DNA of 64,000 nt from Maritimibacter sp. (GTDB taxonomy: Bacteria > Pseudomonadota > Alphaproteobacteria > Rhodobacterales > Rhodobacteraceae). Both the position numbers and the translations under genes were made by a program. The notes below the pieces were generated by a model. It had not been told where the DNA came from. It saw nothing but the letters and a program-made list of their open reading frames with translations, and did not search any database. Location: contig CAXRHZ010000041.1 in NCBI GenBank assembly GCA_964230745.1, forward strand, positions 87,280-151,279. Reading direction: 5' to 3'. Shown in pieces: positions 9,798 to 22,772 of this stretch (the first letter of the stretch is position 1; each line of letters begins with the position of its first letter).

Positions 9798-10394
9798 TCA
9801 AGCGGTGGGTTTCATGGCCCAGTCGAGCGCGTCTTCCAGCCGGTCATCGCCCCAGAAAAGCTCATCTCCCACGGCGAATGTGGGCGAGCCGAAGACGCCC
9901 AATGCCTGCGCCTGCCCGGTTTCGGCGGCGAGGGCGGCTTCCGCGTCGGGGCTCTGCGCGCGGGCCAGAGCGTCCTTCGGATCCTGCCCGGCAGTCTCCA
10001 GCGCAAGCGAGAGGTTCGGGTCCTCGCCCGCCGGCTGCCCGTCCTCGAACCAGAGCCGGTAGGCCTCGCGCGTGTAGGCTTCGCCCCAACCCTCGGACAT
10101 GCCGAGCAACGCGACTTGGTTGGCCAGCACGAGGCCGGGGAGGGGGTAGGGCGCGGGCAGGCGTGGCGAGAGGCCGTAGCGCGGCGCGCGCCGCTCGATG
10201 TCGCGCCACATGTACGCGGCCTTCACCGGCTTGTCCTTGAACGGCACGTTGTTCTGCTCGACCATGATGTGACGCACGTTGAACGGGCGCCAGCGGAACA
10301 CGGCGCCCGTCTCGCGGGCCACGTCGCCGAGCCGCATGACCGTCAGGTAGCTGTAGGTCGAGCCTATGGAATACCAGAAATCGATTTGCTTCAT
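9798..10394 (-). CDS. 2-hydroxychromene-2-carboxylate isomerase / GST-kappa (DsbA-like) family protein
   Basis: IDFWYSIGSTYSYL, GVFGSPTF.VGDELFWGDDRL. Confidence 0.88.
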   Translation of the reverse strand: MKQIDFWYSIGSTYSYLTVMRLGDVARETGAVFRWRPFNVRHIMVEQNNVPFKDKPVKAAYMWRDIERRAPRYGLSPRLPAPYPLPGLVLANQVALLGMSEGWGEAYTREAYRLWFEDGQPAGEDPNLSLALETAGQDPKDALARAQSPDAEAALAAETGQAQALGVFGSPTFAVGDELFWGDDRLEDALDWAMKPTA

Positions 10395-10504
10395 GGTCAC
10401 GTCCCCCTGTCCTTGTGCCGAGACTAACAGGGCAGGGCCGCCGCGTCAGCACCGGGGGCCTGATGTGAAAGGACCGGCCCTGGGGCCGGTCCGATTGGTC
10501 TGGG

Positions 10505-12829
10505 TCAGTCAGCGGTCAGAAGCGGCGGCTTCTTTCGCGACGCAATGCGCGGGGAACCCGGCTCCTCGATCCGAAGGTCGATCTCGCCGTCCTTCACGCC
10601 GACCTGCACCACGCCGCCCTTGGCGAGCTTGCCGAAGAGCAGCTCTTCTGCCAGCGGCTTCTTGATGTGCTCCTGGATCACGCGGCCCAGCGGGCGCGCG
10701 CCCATCTTGTCGTCGTAGCCTTTGTCGGCAAGCCATTCTGCTGCTGCCGGGGTCAGTTCAATGGACACGTTGCGATCCATGAGCTGAGCTTCAAGCTGCA
10801 GCACGAACTTCTCGACCACCTGCGTGATGACCTCCTTGCCGAGCGGGGCAAAGCTGATCACGGCGTCCAGACGGTTGCGGAATTCCGGCGTGAACGTGCG
10901 TTCGATCGCCGCCGTATCCTCGCCCTCGCGCCGGTCGCGGCCGAAGCCGATGGCGGTCTTGGCCAGTTCCGTCGCGCCCGCGTTCGACGTCATGATGAGC
11001 ACCACGTTGCGGAAGTTCACCGTGCGACCGTTGTGGTCGGTGAGCTGGCCGTGGTCCATGACCTGCAGGAGGATGTTGTAGACATCCGGGTGGGCCTTTT
11101 CGATCTCGTCGAGAAGCAGCACGCAATGCGGATGCTGATCCACGCCATCGGTCAGGAGACCGCCCTGATCGAAGCCGACATAGCCCGGAGGCGCACCGAT
11201 CAGGCGGGAGACCGCGTGTTTCTCCATGTACTCCGACATGTCGAAGCGCAGCAGTTCCACACCCAGCTGGCTGGCCAGCTGGCGCGCCACCTCGGTCTTG
11301 CCGACGCCGGTGGGACCCGCGAACAGGTAGTTGCCGATCGGCTTTTCGGCGTCACGAAGGCCTGCACGGCTGAGCTTGATCGCCGAGGACAGGGCCGTGA
11401 TCGCGGCATCCTGGCCGAAGACCACGCGCTTGAGCGAACCTTCGAGATCGCGCAGCACCTCCTGATCGTCCTTGGAAACGGACTTCGGGGGGATGCGGGC
11501 GATCTTGGCGATTATCGCCTCGATCTCCTTCGTGCCGATGGACTTGCGGCGCTTCGATGCGGCGACGAGGTGCTGGGCCGCCCCCGCCTCGTCGATCACG
11601 TCGATGGCCTTGTCCGGCAGCTTACGGTCGTTGATGTAACGGTCCGACAGCTCCACGGCGGTCTTGATCGCGTCGTTGGTGTATTTGATCGCGTGATGCT
11701 CCTCGAAATAGGGCTTGAGGCCCTTGAGGATCTTCACGGTGTCGTCGACCGTCGGTTCGTTCACGTCGATCTTCTGGAACCGGCGGGAAAGCGCGCGGTC
11801 CTTTTCGAAGTGCTGGCGGAACTCCTTGTAGGTCGTCGACCCCATGCAACGCAGCTTGCCGCCCTGAAGCGCGGGCTTCAGGAGGTTCGAGGCGTCCATC
11901 GCACCGCCGGAGGTCGCACCGGCACCGATCACCGTGTGGATCTCGTCGATGAACAGCACCGCGTCGGGGTGGTTTTCCAGCTCCGTCACGACCGCCTTCA
12001 AACGCTCCTCGAAGTCACCGCGATACCGGGTGCCCGCGAGCAGCGCGCCCATGTCGAGCGAGAAGATGGTGGTCTTGGACAGAACCTCGGGCGTTTCCCC
12101 CGCCTCGATCTTCTTGGCCAGACCCTCGGCGATGGCGGTCTTGCCCACACCGGGATCGCCCACGAGGAGCGGGTTGTTCTTGCGGCGGCGGCAGAGCACC
12201 TGGATGCAGCGCTCCACCTCGTGCTCGCGCCCGATCAGCGGGTCGATGTCGCCCTGGCGCGCCTTCGCGTTCAGGTCGACGCAATACTTGCCGAGCGCCG
12301 AATCCTTGGCTTCCTCGTCCGCAGCCTCGTTCGTCGCTTCCTCGAAGTCCGGCGAGCCGGAGATCGGGCGGGTTTCGCCGTAGGACGGGTCCTTGGCCAC
12401 GCCGTGCGCGATGTAGTTCACGGCGTCGTAGCGGGTCATGTCCTGTTCCTGCAGGAAATAGGCCGCGTTGGATTCGCGTTCGGCGAAGATCGCGACGAGC
12501 ACGTTCGCCCCCGTGACTTCGGTCCGGCCCGAGGATTGCACGTGGATCGCCGCGCGCTGGATCACGCGCTGGAAGGCGGCGGTGGGCACGGCTTCGGAGC
12601 CTTCGATGTTGGTCTCGAAAGCCGACAGTTCGTCGTCGATGTACTTCAGGAGCGTGCCCCGAAGGTCTTCCAGGTCCACGCTGCACGCCTTCATGACGCG
12701 CGCCGCATCGGGCTCGTCAATCAGGGCGAGAAGCAGGTGTTCCAGCGTCGCCAGCTCATGCTGTCGTTCATTGGCGTGAGCGAGCGCGGCATGGATGGCC
12801 TGTTCGAGCGTGTTGGAGAAAGAAGGCAA
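10505..12829 (-). CDS. clpA: ATP-dependent Clp protease ATP-binding subunit ClpA
   Basis: Two AAA+ modules (GDPGVGKT, GPTGVGKT), DMSEYMEKHAVSRLIGAPPGYVG; probable TTG start 8 nt after GAGGAG. Confidence 0.97.
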   Translation of the reverse strand: MPSFSNTLEQAIHAALAHANERQHELATLEHLLLALIDEPDAARVMKACSVDLEDLRGTLLKYIDDELSAFETNIEGSEAVPTAAFQRVIQRAAIHVQSSGRTEVTGANVLVAIFAERESNAAYFLQEQDMTRYDAVNYIAHGVAKDPSYGETRPISGSPDFEEATNEAADEEAKDSALGKYCVDLNAKARQGDIDPLIGREHEVERCIQVLCRRRKNNPLLVGDPGVGKTAIAEGLAKKIEAGETPEVLSKTTIFSLDMGALLAGTRYRGDFEERLKAVVTELENHPDAVLFIDEIHTVIGAGATSGGAMDASNLLKPALQGGKLRCMGSTTYKEFRQHFEKDRALSRRFQKIDVNEPTVDDTVKILKGLKPYFEEHHAIKYTNDAIKTAVELSDRYINDRKLPDKAIDVIDEAGAAQHLVAASKRRKSIGTKEIEAIIAKIARIPPKSVSKDDQEVLRDLEGSLKRVVFGQDAAITALSSAIKLSRAGLRDAEKPIGNYLFAGPTGVGKTEVARQLASQLGVELLRFDMSEYMEKHAVSRLIGAPPGYVGFDQGGLLTDGVDQHPHCVLLLDEIEKAHPDVYNILLQVMDHGQLTDHNGRTVNFRNVVLIMTSNAGATELAKTAIGFGRDRREGEDTAAIERTFTPEFRNRLDAVISFAPLGKEVITQVVEKFVLQLEAQLMDRNVSIELTPAAAEWLADKGYDDKMGARPLGRVIQEHIKKPLAEELLFGKLAKGGVVQVGVKDGEIDLRIEEPGSPRIASRKKPPLLTAD

Positions 12830-12983
12830 GTGGTTCACTCCTCGTTTCCGGGGTCTCGGGGACGGGAGTGGCCCGTCCGTCTCGACCTTGGCCTCATATC
12901 TTTAAGGTTCGGTGTTCGCGGCGGTTCTTCAAGTGTTTTCTGGCTGAACAACGCTCACACGGTGGTGAACGTTGCACGAAGGC

Positions 12984-13751
12984 CTAGAAATTGTCCTTGG
13001 CCCTGCGGATCGCGGCGAAAACCTCGGCATCGCCGTCATGCTCCATGCCGACGGCTTTCTTCATCCCCGGCTCGCCCGCCCTGAGGAACGGGTTGGTCGC
13101 TTTTTCCAGCGAGAGGAGCGAGGGAACGGTGAATTCGCCGCGTTCGCGCATCGCGGTCACGTCGTCGGCACGCCGGATCAGGTCCGGGTTCTGCGGATCG
13201 ACGGACAGCGCGAAACGCGCGTTCGCGGCGGTGTATTCGTGGCCCGAGCAGATCTGCGTGTCGTCGGGCAGGGACATCAGGCCGTTGAGCGTGTCCCACA
13301 TCTGTTCGGGCGTGCCTTCGAACAGCCGCCCGCATCCCAGCGCCATCAGGCTGTCGCCGGTGAAGGCGGCCTTCGCGTCGGGCATGTAGAAGGCGATGTG
13401 ACCGATCGTGTGACCGTCCGCCGGCATCACCTCGACCTTGTGGCCGGAGAAGGACAGATCGTCGCCGGGCGCCACTGCGAGGTCGAGCGCGGGCAGGCGG
13501 CTTGCATCATGCGCCGCGCCGACGACGCGGCATCCGTAAGCCGCGCGCAGGTCATCGACCCCCTCGACGTGGTCGCCGTGGTGATGGGTTATGAAGAGGT
13601 CGGTCAGTTTCCAGCCGCGCTCTTCAAGAGCAGCCTTGATCGGTGCCGTTTCCGGGGCGTCGAACAGGACCGTGTCGCCGCTTTCCGTGTCATGCACGAG
13701 AAAGGCGTAGTTGTCGGCGCGGCAGGGGATGGTCACGAGGTCGAGTGTCAT
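12984..13751 (-). CDS. gloB: hydroxyacylglutathione hydrolase (glyoxalase II)
   Basis: THHHGDH, GHT.GH, FTGDSL, CGRLFEG, GHEYT, EKATNPF. Confidence 0.95.
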   Translation of the reverse strand: MTLDLVTIPCRADNYAFLVHDTESGDTVLFDAPETAPIKAALEERGWKLTDLFITHHHGDHVEGVDDLRAAYGCRVVGAAHDASRLPALDLAVAPGDDLSFSGHKVEVMPADGHTIGHIAFYMPDAKAAFTGDSLMALGCGRLFEGTPEQMWDTLNGLMSLPDDTQICSGHEYTAANARFALSVDPQNPDLIRRADDVTAMRERGEFTVPSLLSLEKATNPFLRAGEPGMKKAVGMEHDGDAEVFAAIRRAKDNF

Positions 13752-13839
13752 ATCGGGATGAATATGGGATGGGTGGCCGGGTTGCTCAAGGGGCGTTTTG
13801 CCCTCTTTCCAAGTGCGCCATATGCTCTAACCTGCGCCC

Positions 13840-14616
13840 ATGCACCTCGACGCCCAGCATCTTCGCGCTTTCTATTACCGCTCGGCCCTGGGTCGGGTCG
13901 CGCAGAAGAACATCCGTGACGCGGTCCTGCGCTACTGGGGCGGGCCGCACAAGGGCGAGACGGTTCTGGGTTACGGCTTCGCGGTGCCGCTCCTGCGCCC
14001 GTTTCTTGCCGACGCGCGCCGGGTGATCGCCTTGATGCCGGGGCCGCAGGGGGTCATGGCGTGGCCCGCGGGGATGCCCAATGTCTCGGTGCTGTGCGAA
14101 GAGGTCATGTGGCCCATCGATACGGGCGTGGCCGACAAGCTCGTCCTGTTGCACGGGCTGGAGACCTCGACGAACGCGCCCGCGCTGCTCGACGAGGCCT
14201 ACCGGGTGCTCGGCCCCGGGGGGCGTGCGCTCTTCATCGTGCCGAACCGCGCTGGGCTGTGGTCGCGCTCGGACAACACGCCGTTCGGCTACGGGCGCCC
14301 CTACACGACGGGCCAGCTCGAACACCAGTTGCGCGACCACGGCTTCGCGATCGAGCGACATACGGCCGCACTCTACCAGCCACCGTCCCACCGGCGCTTC
14401 TGGCTCAAGACCGGGCCGATGTGGGAACGGGTCGGAAAGGGGGCGCCGCGCATGGCGGGGGGCGTGCTCCTCATCGAAGCGTCCAAACAGGTGCGCGCGC
14501 AGAACCGGCCGGGGCTTCCGGAGGCCGTGAAACGGCCCCTGCGCGCGCTCGACGGCTTCGGCGCCCCGGAGCCGGGACGGCAGGCCGGACGGGCGCGCGA
14601 GGGATTCGGTTCATAG
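13840..14616 (+). CDS. class I SAM-dependent methyltransferase (YafS-like)
   Basis: [20 protein letters not shown]; divergent from gloB, a widespread arrangement. Confidence 0.8.
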   Translation: MHLDAQHLRAFYYRSALGRVAQKNIRDAVLRYWGGPHKGETVLGYGFAVPLLRPFLADARRVIALMPGPQGVMAWPAGMPNVSVLCEEVMWPIDTGVADKLVLLHGLETSTNAPALLDEAYRVLGPGGRALFIVPNRAGLWSRSDNTPFGYGRPYTTGQLEHQLRDHGFAIERHTAALYQPPSHRRFWLKTGPMWERVGKGAPRMAGGVLLIEASKQVRAQNRPGLPEAVKRPLRALDGFGAPEPGRQAGRAREGFGS

Positions 14617-14852
14617 GGTGAACTGACCGCCCGCGGGCCGCCGCAACAGGAGGGTCGCACCCCTTTTCATGCGCCCTGCGCCCAAGTTCCCTTATGTTGG
14701 CGCAAAACCTCCTCATGCGTATTGCGGGTGGGGGATTGCTCTGCTAGACCCACGCCGAATTTCAGATGGCTCGCGAACGCGCGGCATCAAGAGGCCGCCC
14801 CGGTTTGTCCACGACAGACCACGATGGGGCTAAGGACATCGGAAGGGTGGAC

Positions 14853-15413
14853 GTGTCGGAACCAGCTTCGATAACTTCTGGGATTGCCCAGCGCTATGCG
14901 ACGGCCGTTTTTGAACTGGCCAAGGACGACAACAAGCTCTCCGCCGTGGAGGCGGATATCGAGCAACTCGAAGGCGCCTACGCCGACAGCACGGACTTCG
15001 CCCGCCTCGTGAACTCGCCGATCTACTCGCGCGAGGAACAGGCGACGGCGATCAAGGCGCTGGCCGACAAGATGGGGCTTTCGCAGCAGATGACCGGCGT
15101 GCTCGGCGTCATGGCCCAGAAACGCCGCCTGTTCATCCTGCCGCAGCTCATCGAGCGCCTGCGCGCGATGATCTCGGACGACAAGGGCGAAGTGGTTGCC
15201 GAAGTGACCGCCGCCAAGTCGATGACCAAGGCCCAGCAGGACAAACTCGCCAAGGCGCTCAAGTCGTCCTTCGGCAAGGATGTGAAGATCAATCTGGCCG
15301 TCGATGAAAGCCTCATCGTCGGTCTCGTCGTCAAAGTGGGTTCGAAAATGATCGACAGCTCGATCGCCTCGCGCCTGAACGCACTCCAGAATTCCATGAA
15401 AGAGGTCGGATAA
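14853..15413 (+). CDS. atpH: F1 ATP synthase subunit delta
   Basis: GTG start [17 protein letters not shown]; [20 protein letters not shown]. Confidence 0.95.
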   Translation: MSEPASITSGIAQRYATAVFELAKDDNKLSAVEADIEQLEGAYADSTDFARLVNSPIYSREEQATAIKALADKMGLSQQMTGVLGVMAQKRRLFILPQLIERLRAMISDDKGEVVAEVTAAKSMTKAQQDKLAKALKSSFGKDVKINLAVDESLIVGLVVKVGSKMIDSSIASRLNALQNSMKEVG

Positions 15414-15415
15414 GA

Positions 15416-16954
<1,539 letters not shown>

Positions 16955-16981
16955 ACCTGGTGATCTGAGAGGAGGCTGGCG

Positions 16982-19326
<2,345 letters not shown>

Positions 19327-19377
19327 TCGGTCTTCCCCCGGCCACGGCCGGGGGGCGGCTCCTACCAGGAGACAAAC

Positions 19378-19788
19378 ATGGCTGACATGATGCAATTCGA
19401 CCTGGTGTCGCCGGAGCGTCGCCTGACCTCGACCGAGGCCAGCGCGGTGCAGATCCCCGGCGCCGACGGCGACTTCACGGCGATGGCGCAGCACGCGCCG
19501 ACGATCGCCACGCTGCGCCCGGGCATCGTGACGGTGCAGGGCGCGTCGGGCGAAGAGAAATACGTCGTGACCGGCGGCTTCGCCGAAGTCACGCCGGACG
19601 GGACCAGCGTGCTGGCCGAACGGGCCATGCCGGCGAGCGAAGTGACGCAGGAGGTGATCGACGAGTTCGTGGCCTCCGCCGTCGCCGCGCGCGACAACGC
19701 GACGCCCGAGATGCTCGACCAGCTGTCCAAGCAGGTGGGTGACATCGCGCTCGTCGCCTCCGAACTGGGCCTGCAGAGCAAGGCATAA
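19378..19788 (+). CDS. atpC: F1 ATP synthase subunit epsilon
   Basis: FDLVSPER, IPGADGDF..MAQHAP, VTGGFAEV. Confidence 0.96.
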   Translation: MADMMQFDLVSPERRLTSTEASAVQIPGADGDFTAMAQHAPTIATLRPGIVTVQGASGEEKYVVTGGFAEVTPDGTSVLAERAMPASEVTQEVIDEFVASAVAARDNATPEMLDQLSKQVGDIALVASELGLQSKA

Positions 19789-19815
19789 GACAACCCGAAC
19801 GACCGGGGGACAGTG

Positions 19816-19846
19816 AAAGCCCTGCATCCGAGGATGCGGGGCTTTT
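19816..19846 (+). terminator. intrinsic terminator of the atp operon
   Basis: AAAGCCCTGCATCC-GA-GGATGCGGGGCTTTT hairpin followed by a T tract. Confidence 0.85.
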
Positions 19847-19857
19847 GCTTTGGCGCG

Positions 19858-19902
19858 CCGATTTCCTTCGAGGTAATCGGTCGAAATCCTCGGAGGATTT
19901 CG
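19858..19902. repeat. REP-like double hairpin (single copy in window)
   Basis: CCGATTTCCT-TCG-AGGTAATCGG, T, CGAAATCCT-CGG-AGGATTTCG: two adjacent hairpins sharing an AAATCC/GGATTT-like core. Confidence 0.45.
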
Positions 19903-19918
19903 GGCGTCGCGCCCGGAC

Positions 19919-20056
19919 CTAGTGGTCCGCGTCCATCATCCGCTCGTGGACGGCCTGCATTTCCCGCGCCGCCATGTCGCTGACCGGGCCTTCATTGGTT
20001 TGCAGCGCCGCGACGAGTTCCGGGTCCTTGAATGACGGGAGCGGCCTTTGCGTCAA
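19919..20056 (-). CDS. putative 45-aa small protein (not in ORF track)
   Basis: TTG start overlapping the DUF1194 stop (TTGA); MTQRPLPSFKDPELVAALQTNEGPVSDMAAREMQAVHERMMDADH; mostly G/C third positions. Confidence 0.45.
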   Translation of the reverse strand: MTQRPLPSFKDPELVAALQTNEGPVSDMAAREMQAVHERMMDADH

Positions 20057-20754
20057 CGCGCCGTGTCGGGCAGCTCGAGGCGCACGAAACTGAACGCTCC
20101 GAGTTCGCGCAGGAGCTTGCGCCGCATCGCCTCGGCGTAATCGTTGTAGCTCGCCGTCGGCTGCACGAAGGCACCGGCACCGTGGATCACCGATCGCAGG
20201 TAATAGTCCACGACGGTCGGATCCTCGTTCGTGATGACGAGGCCGTTCACCGTGACCAGCGACATGTCATGGGCGAGATAGGCGCTTTCGGGCGGGAACC
20301 CGTCGTTGTTCACGCCGTCGCCCGACACGTCGATCACCTGTCGGCGACAGGTCTCCGGCGCGGCCCTGAGAAGGTTCAGCGCGTGCCCCACCGCATAGCC
20401 GAGCGAGGTGGGAAACTCGGCCACCGTGCGCGACGTGGCCCGCAGCGTCGCGGCCACGCCGCCAAGATCGGCGTCCCCCGCCACGAAGGTCCAGGGGAGT
20501 TGCGTGTATTGGTGCCGCGATCCGCTCCACTCGAAGATCGAAAGCCAGATGCCGCCCTGCGACGCGACCGCCTCCATGACCTCGGGGTCCGTCAATGCCC
20601 GCGCCAAGCCCTCCTGCTGCAGCTCGTATTCCCGCGCGTCGATCGAGGCGGAGACGTCCAGCGCCAGCACGAGCGCGAGATTGCAGGCGCGGGCCGGTCC
20701 CGCGCCAGACAAGGCGGCGGCGAGTGCGAGGGCGGCGAGGGCGGAGCGGCGCAT
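20053..20754 (-). CDS. DUF1194 / VWA-like secreted protein
   Basis: Signal peptide, ACNLALVLALDVSASID, EWSG, PTSLG, VIDVSGDGVNNDG, VNGLVI, KLLREL. Confidence 0.85.
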   Translation of the reverse strand: MRRSALAALALAAALSGAGPARACNLALVLALDVSASIDAREYELQQEGLARALTDPEVMEAVASQGGIWLSIFEWSGSRHQYTQLPWTFVAGDADLGGVAATLRATSRTVAEFPTSLGYAVGHALNLLRAAPETCRRQVIDVSGDGVNNDGFPPESAYLAHDMSLVTVNGLVITNEDPTVVDYYLRSVIHGAGAFVQPTASYNDYAEAMRRKLLRELGAFSFVRLELPDTAR

Positions 20755-21055
20755 GGGACGGTCCCTTAGGCTTGGGTCAGGCAAGCCTAGCACGCCACGG
20801 TCCGTCGCCCAAACCCGCACGCACCCCGCCAAGGTCACGAAATCGTCTATTGGGCGCGGAGGCTCGTGTTCCAGAGAGGACCTGCCCGCGCCAGGAAAGA
20901 GTGGACGGCGAAGGGGATGCAGTTCGTGTTCTCGCAGGAGGTCCGGGACGGGACCGCCCGTTGCCGGTCCTTCGCGGACGACCGGGGGATCCACCCGGGA
21001 CTGGGAGCGGCGCAAAAAGCGTTGATCGCGGCGGCGGCGCGCCCTAGCAAAAGCC

Positions 21056-22264
21056 ATGACGCCGCGCCCGCTTCATTTCATTCTCGCCACGATCCTGATC
21101 GACGCGATCGGGGTCGGGCTGATCTTTCCGCTGATGCCGGACCTGATGGACCGCGTGGGCGCGGGGGGCGTGTCGAACGGCGCGGTGCTGGGCGGTATCC
21201 TGATGGCGGCCTATGCGGCGACGCAGTTCCTCTGCGCCCCGGCGGTCGGCGGGTTGTCGGACGCGGTCGGGCGCAAGCCCGTACTGCTCGTGGCGCTTGC
21301 GACGCTGGCGGTGGACTACGTCATCATGGCCCTGGCGACGAGTTCCTGGCTCCTCCTCGTAGGGCGTCTGCTCGCCGGCATAGCGGGGGCGACCTATATC
21401 ACCGCGACCGCCTATCTGGCCGACATTTCGCCGCCGGAGAAACGGGCGGCCAACTTCGGGCTGATCGGCGCGACCTTCGGGATCGGCTTCGTGCTGGGCC
21501 CCGCACTCGGCGGGCTGCTGGCGGGGATCGACGTGACCGCGCCGTTCTGGGTGGCGGCGGCCCTGTCGGCGGCGAACGTGGCTTTCGGCCTCGCCGTCCT
21601 GCCCGAGAGCCTGCCGCCGGAGAAGCGCAGGGCGTTTCGCGCGAGCGACCTCAACCCCTTCGGCGCGATCCGCGAGGCGTTCCGCCTCCCGGCGCTGGCG
21701 CTGCCCCTGTCGTGCATGTTCGTCTTCGAGTTCGCCAACATGGTCTATCCGACGCTCTGGGCGTTCTGGGGGCGGGCCAATTTCGGCTGGTCCGCAGCGG
21801 TCATTGGCGGGTCACTCGCTGCCTATGGCGTGGGGGTCGCGATCACGCAAGCCGTTGTTCTCCCGAAGCTTCTCAAGCGGATGAGCGAGTTTCGAGTCCT
21901 GCTCGTCGCGCTCGCCACGGGGATCTTCGCGGCCTTCGCCTTCGGCATGATGGAGGCCGCGTGGATGGTGGCCGTGGTGCTGCCCATCGCCTGCCTGTCG
22001 GACATGGCGCCGCCGACGATGACGGCGATCATGGCCAACGCGACGAGCGAGGACCGGCAGGGGGTGTTGCAGGGCGTCATCGCCTCGCTGGGCTCGCTCG
22101 CGGCGATCTTCGCGCCGTTGGTGATGACCCCGATCTTTCGCGGCTTCTCGGGCCCGGACGCCGCAATGCGTCTGCCGGGTGCGCCGTTCCTCGTCTCCGG
22201 TCTGCTGCTCGTCGCCATGGTGCCGGTGGTTCTGAGGATGCGACCGGTTCCTCAATCGTCCTGA
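21056..22264 (+). CDS. MFS efflux transporter, TCR/Tet (DHA1) family
   Basis: GGLSDAVGRKPV motif A, GRLLAGIAG, FGIGFVLGPALGG; about 12 TM segments. Confidence 0.9.
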   Translation: MTPRPLHFILATILIDAIGVGLIFPLMPDLMDRVGAGGVSNGAVLGGILMAAYAATQFLCAPAVGGLSDAVGRKPVLLVALATLAVDYVIMALATSSWLLLVGRLLAGIAGATYITATAYLADISPPEKRAANFGLIGATFGIGFVLGPALGGLLAGIDVTAPFWVAAALSAANVAFGLAVLPESLPPEKRRAFRASDLNPFGAIREAFRLPALALPLSCMFVFEFANMVYPTLWAFWGRANFGWSAAVIGGSLAAYGVGVAITQAVVLPKLLKRMSEFRVLLVALATGIFAAFAFGMMEAAWMVAVVLPIACLSDMAPPTMTAIMANATSEDRQGVLQGVIASLGSLAAIFAPLVMTPIFRGFSGPDAAMRLPGAPFLVSGLLLVAMVPVVLRMRPVPQSS

Positions 22265-22336
22265 TGGTCTTGCAGGACCGCGCCCGGTTGGGGCAGGTTG
22301 GGCGCGGGCAGGGCGACAGAATAACAGGTTTCGACC

Positions 22337-22687
22337 ATGTGGCGCATCAGAACGCATCGAATGGGCATTGACCGCGGGTCCAAGGTTCTCTTTTCCGACT
22401 TCGTGACCGATGGCGCGATGTGGACGGGAGAAGGGGATCGCGAGATCCGGATGCTCATCCCCTTCGCCGAGCCGTTTGTGTCCGCTCCCGCAGTGATGGT
22501 GGGCATGTCGATGTGGGACATCGATGCCGAAACCAATTCGCGTATCGACATCTCGTCCGACAACGTGACCGAAAAGGATTTCGAGATCGTCTTTCACACC
22601 TGGGGCGACACCAAGGTCGCACGCATCCGGGCCGACTGGATCGCTTTCGGCGAGGTCGCGGACGAGGACGACTGGGACGTGAGCTGA
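22337..22687 (+). CDS. H-type lectin domain protein
   Basis: LFSDF...MWTGEG.RE...F..PF...P.V.VG.SMWD.....N.R..I....VT...F...F.TWGDT..AR..ADWIA.G. Confidence 0.85.
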   Translation: MWRIRTHRMGIDRGSKVLFSDFVTDGAMWTGEGDREIRMLIPFAEPFVSAPAVMVGMSMWDIDAETNSRIDISSDNVTEKDFEIVFHTWGDTKVARIRADWIAFGEVADEDDWDVS

Positions 22688-22701
22688 CCCCGGAAAACGG
22701 T

Positions 22702-22752
22702 ATGCACAGCGCGTACACATCCTGTGCACACGGTGTGCATACGATCGTGCAG
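22702..22752. repeat. short phased array of RTRCAY-like hexamers with 11-bp period
   Basis: TGCACAGCGCG/TACACATCCTG/TGCACACGGTG/TGCATACGATC/GTGCAG; outer parts GTATGCAC...GTGCATAC are inverted repeats. Confidence 0.55.
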
Positions 22753-22772
22753 CCGGACCGCCCGGCCGGGGA

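Noticed and set aside
10667-13084. 805-aa plus-strand ORF
   Set aside because: Antisense shadow of clpA/gloB; high GC suppresses stop codons; no domain motifs.
21056-22264. tetA tetracycline-resistance gene
   Set aside because: Only family-level MFS motifs; no adjacent tetR or mobile element; substrate cannot be assigned.
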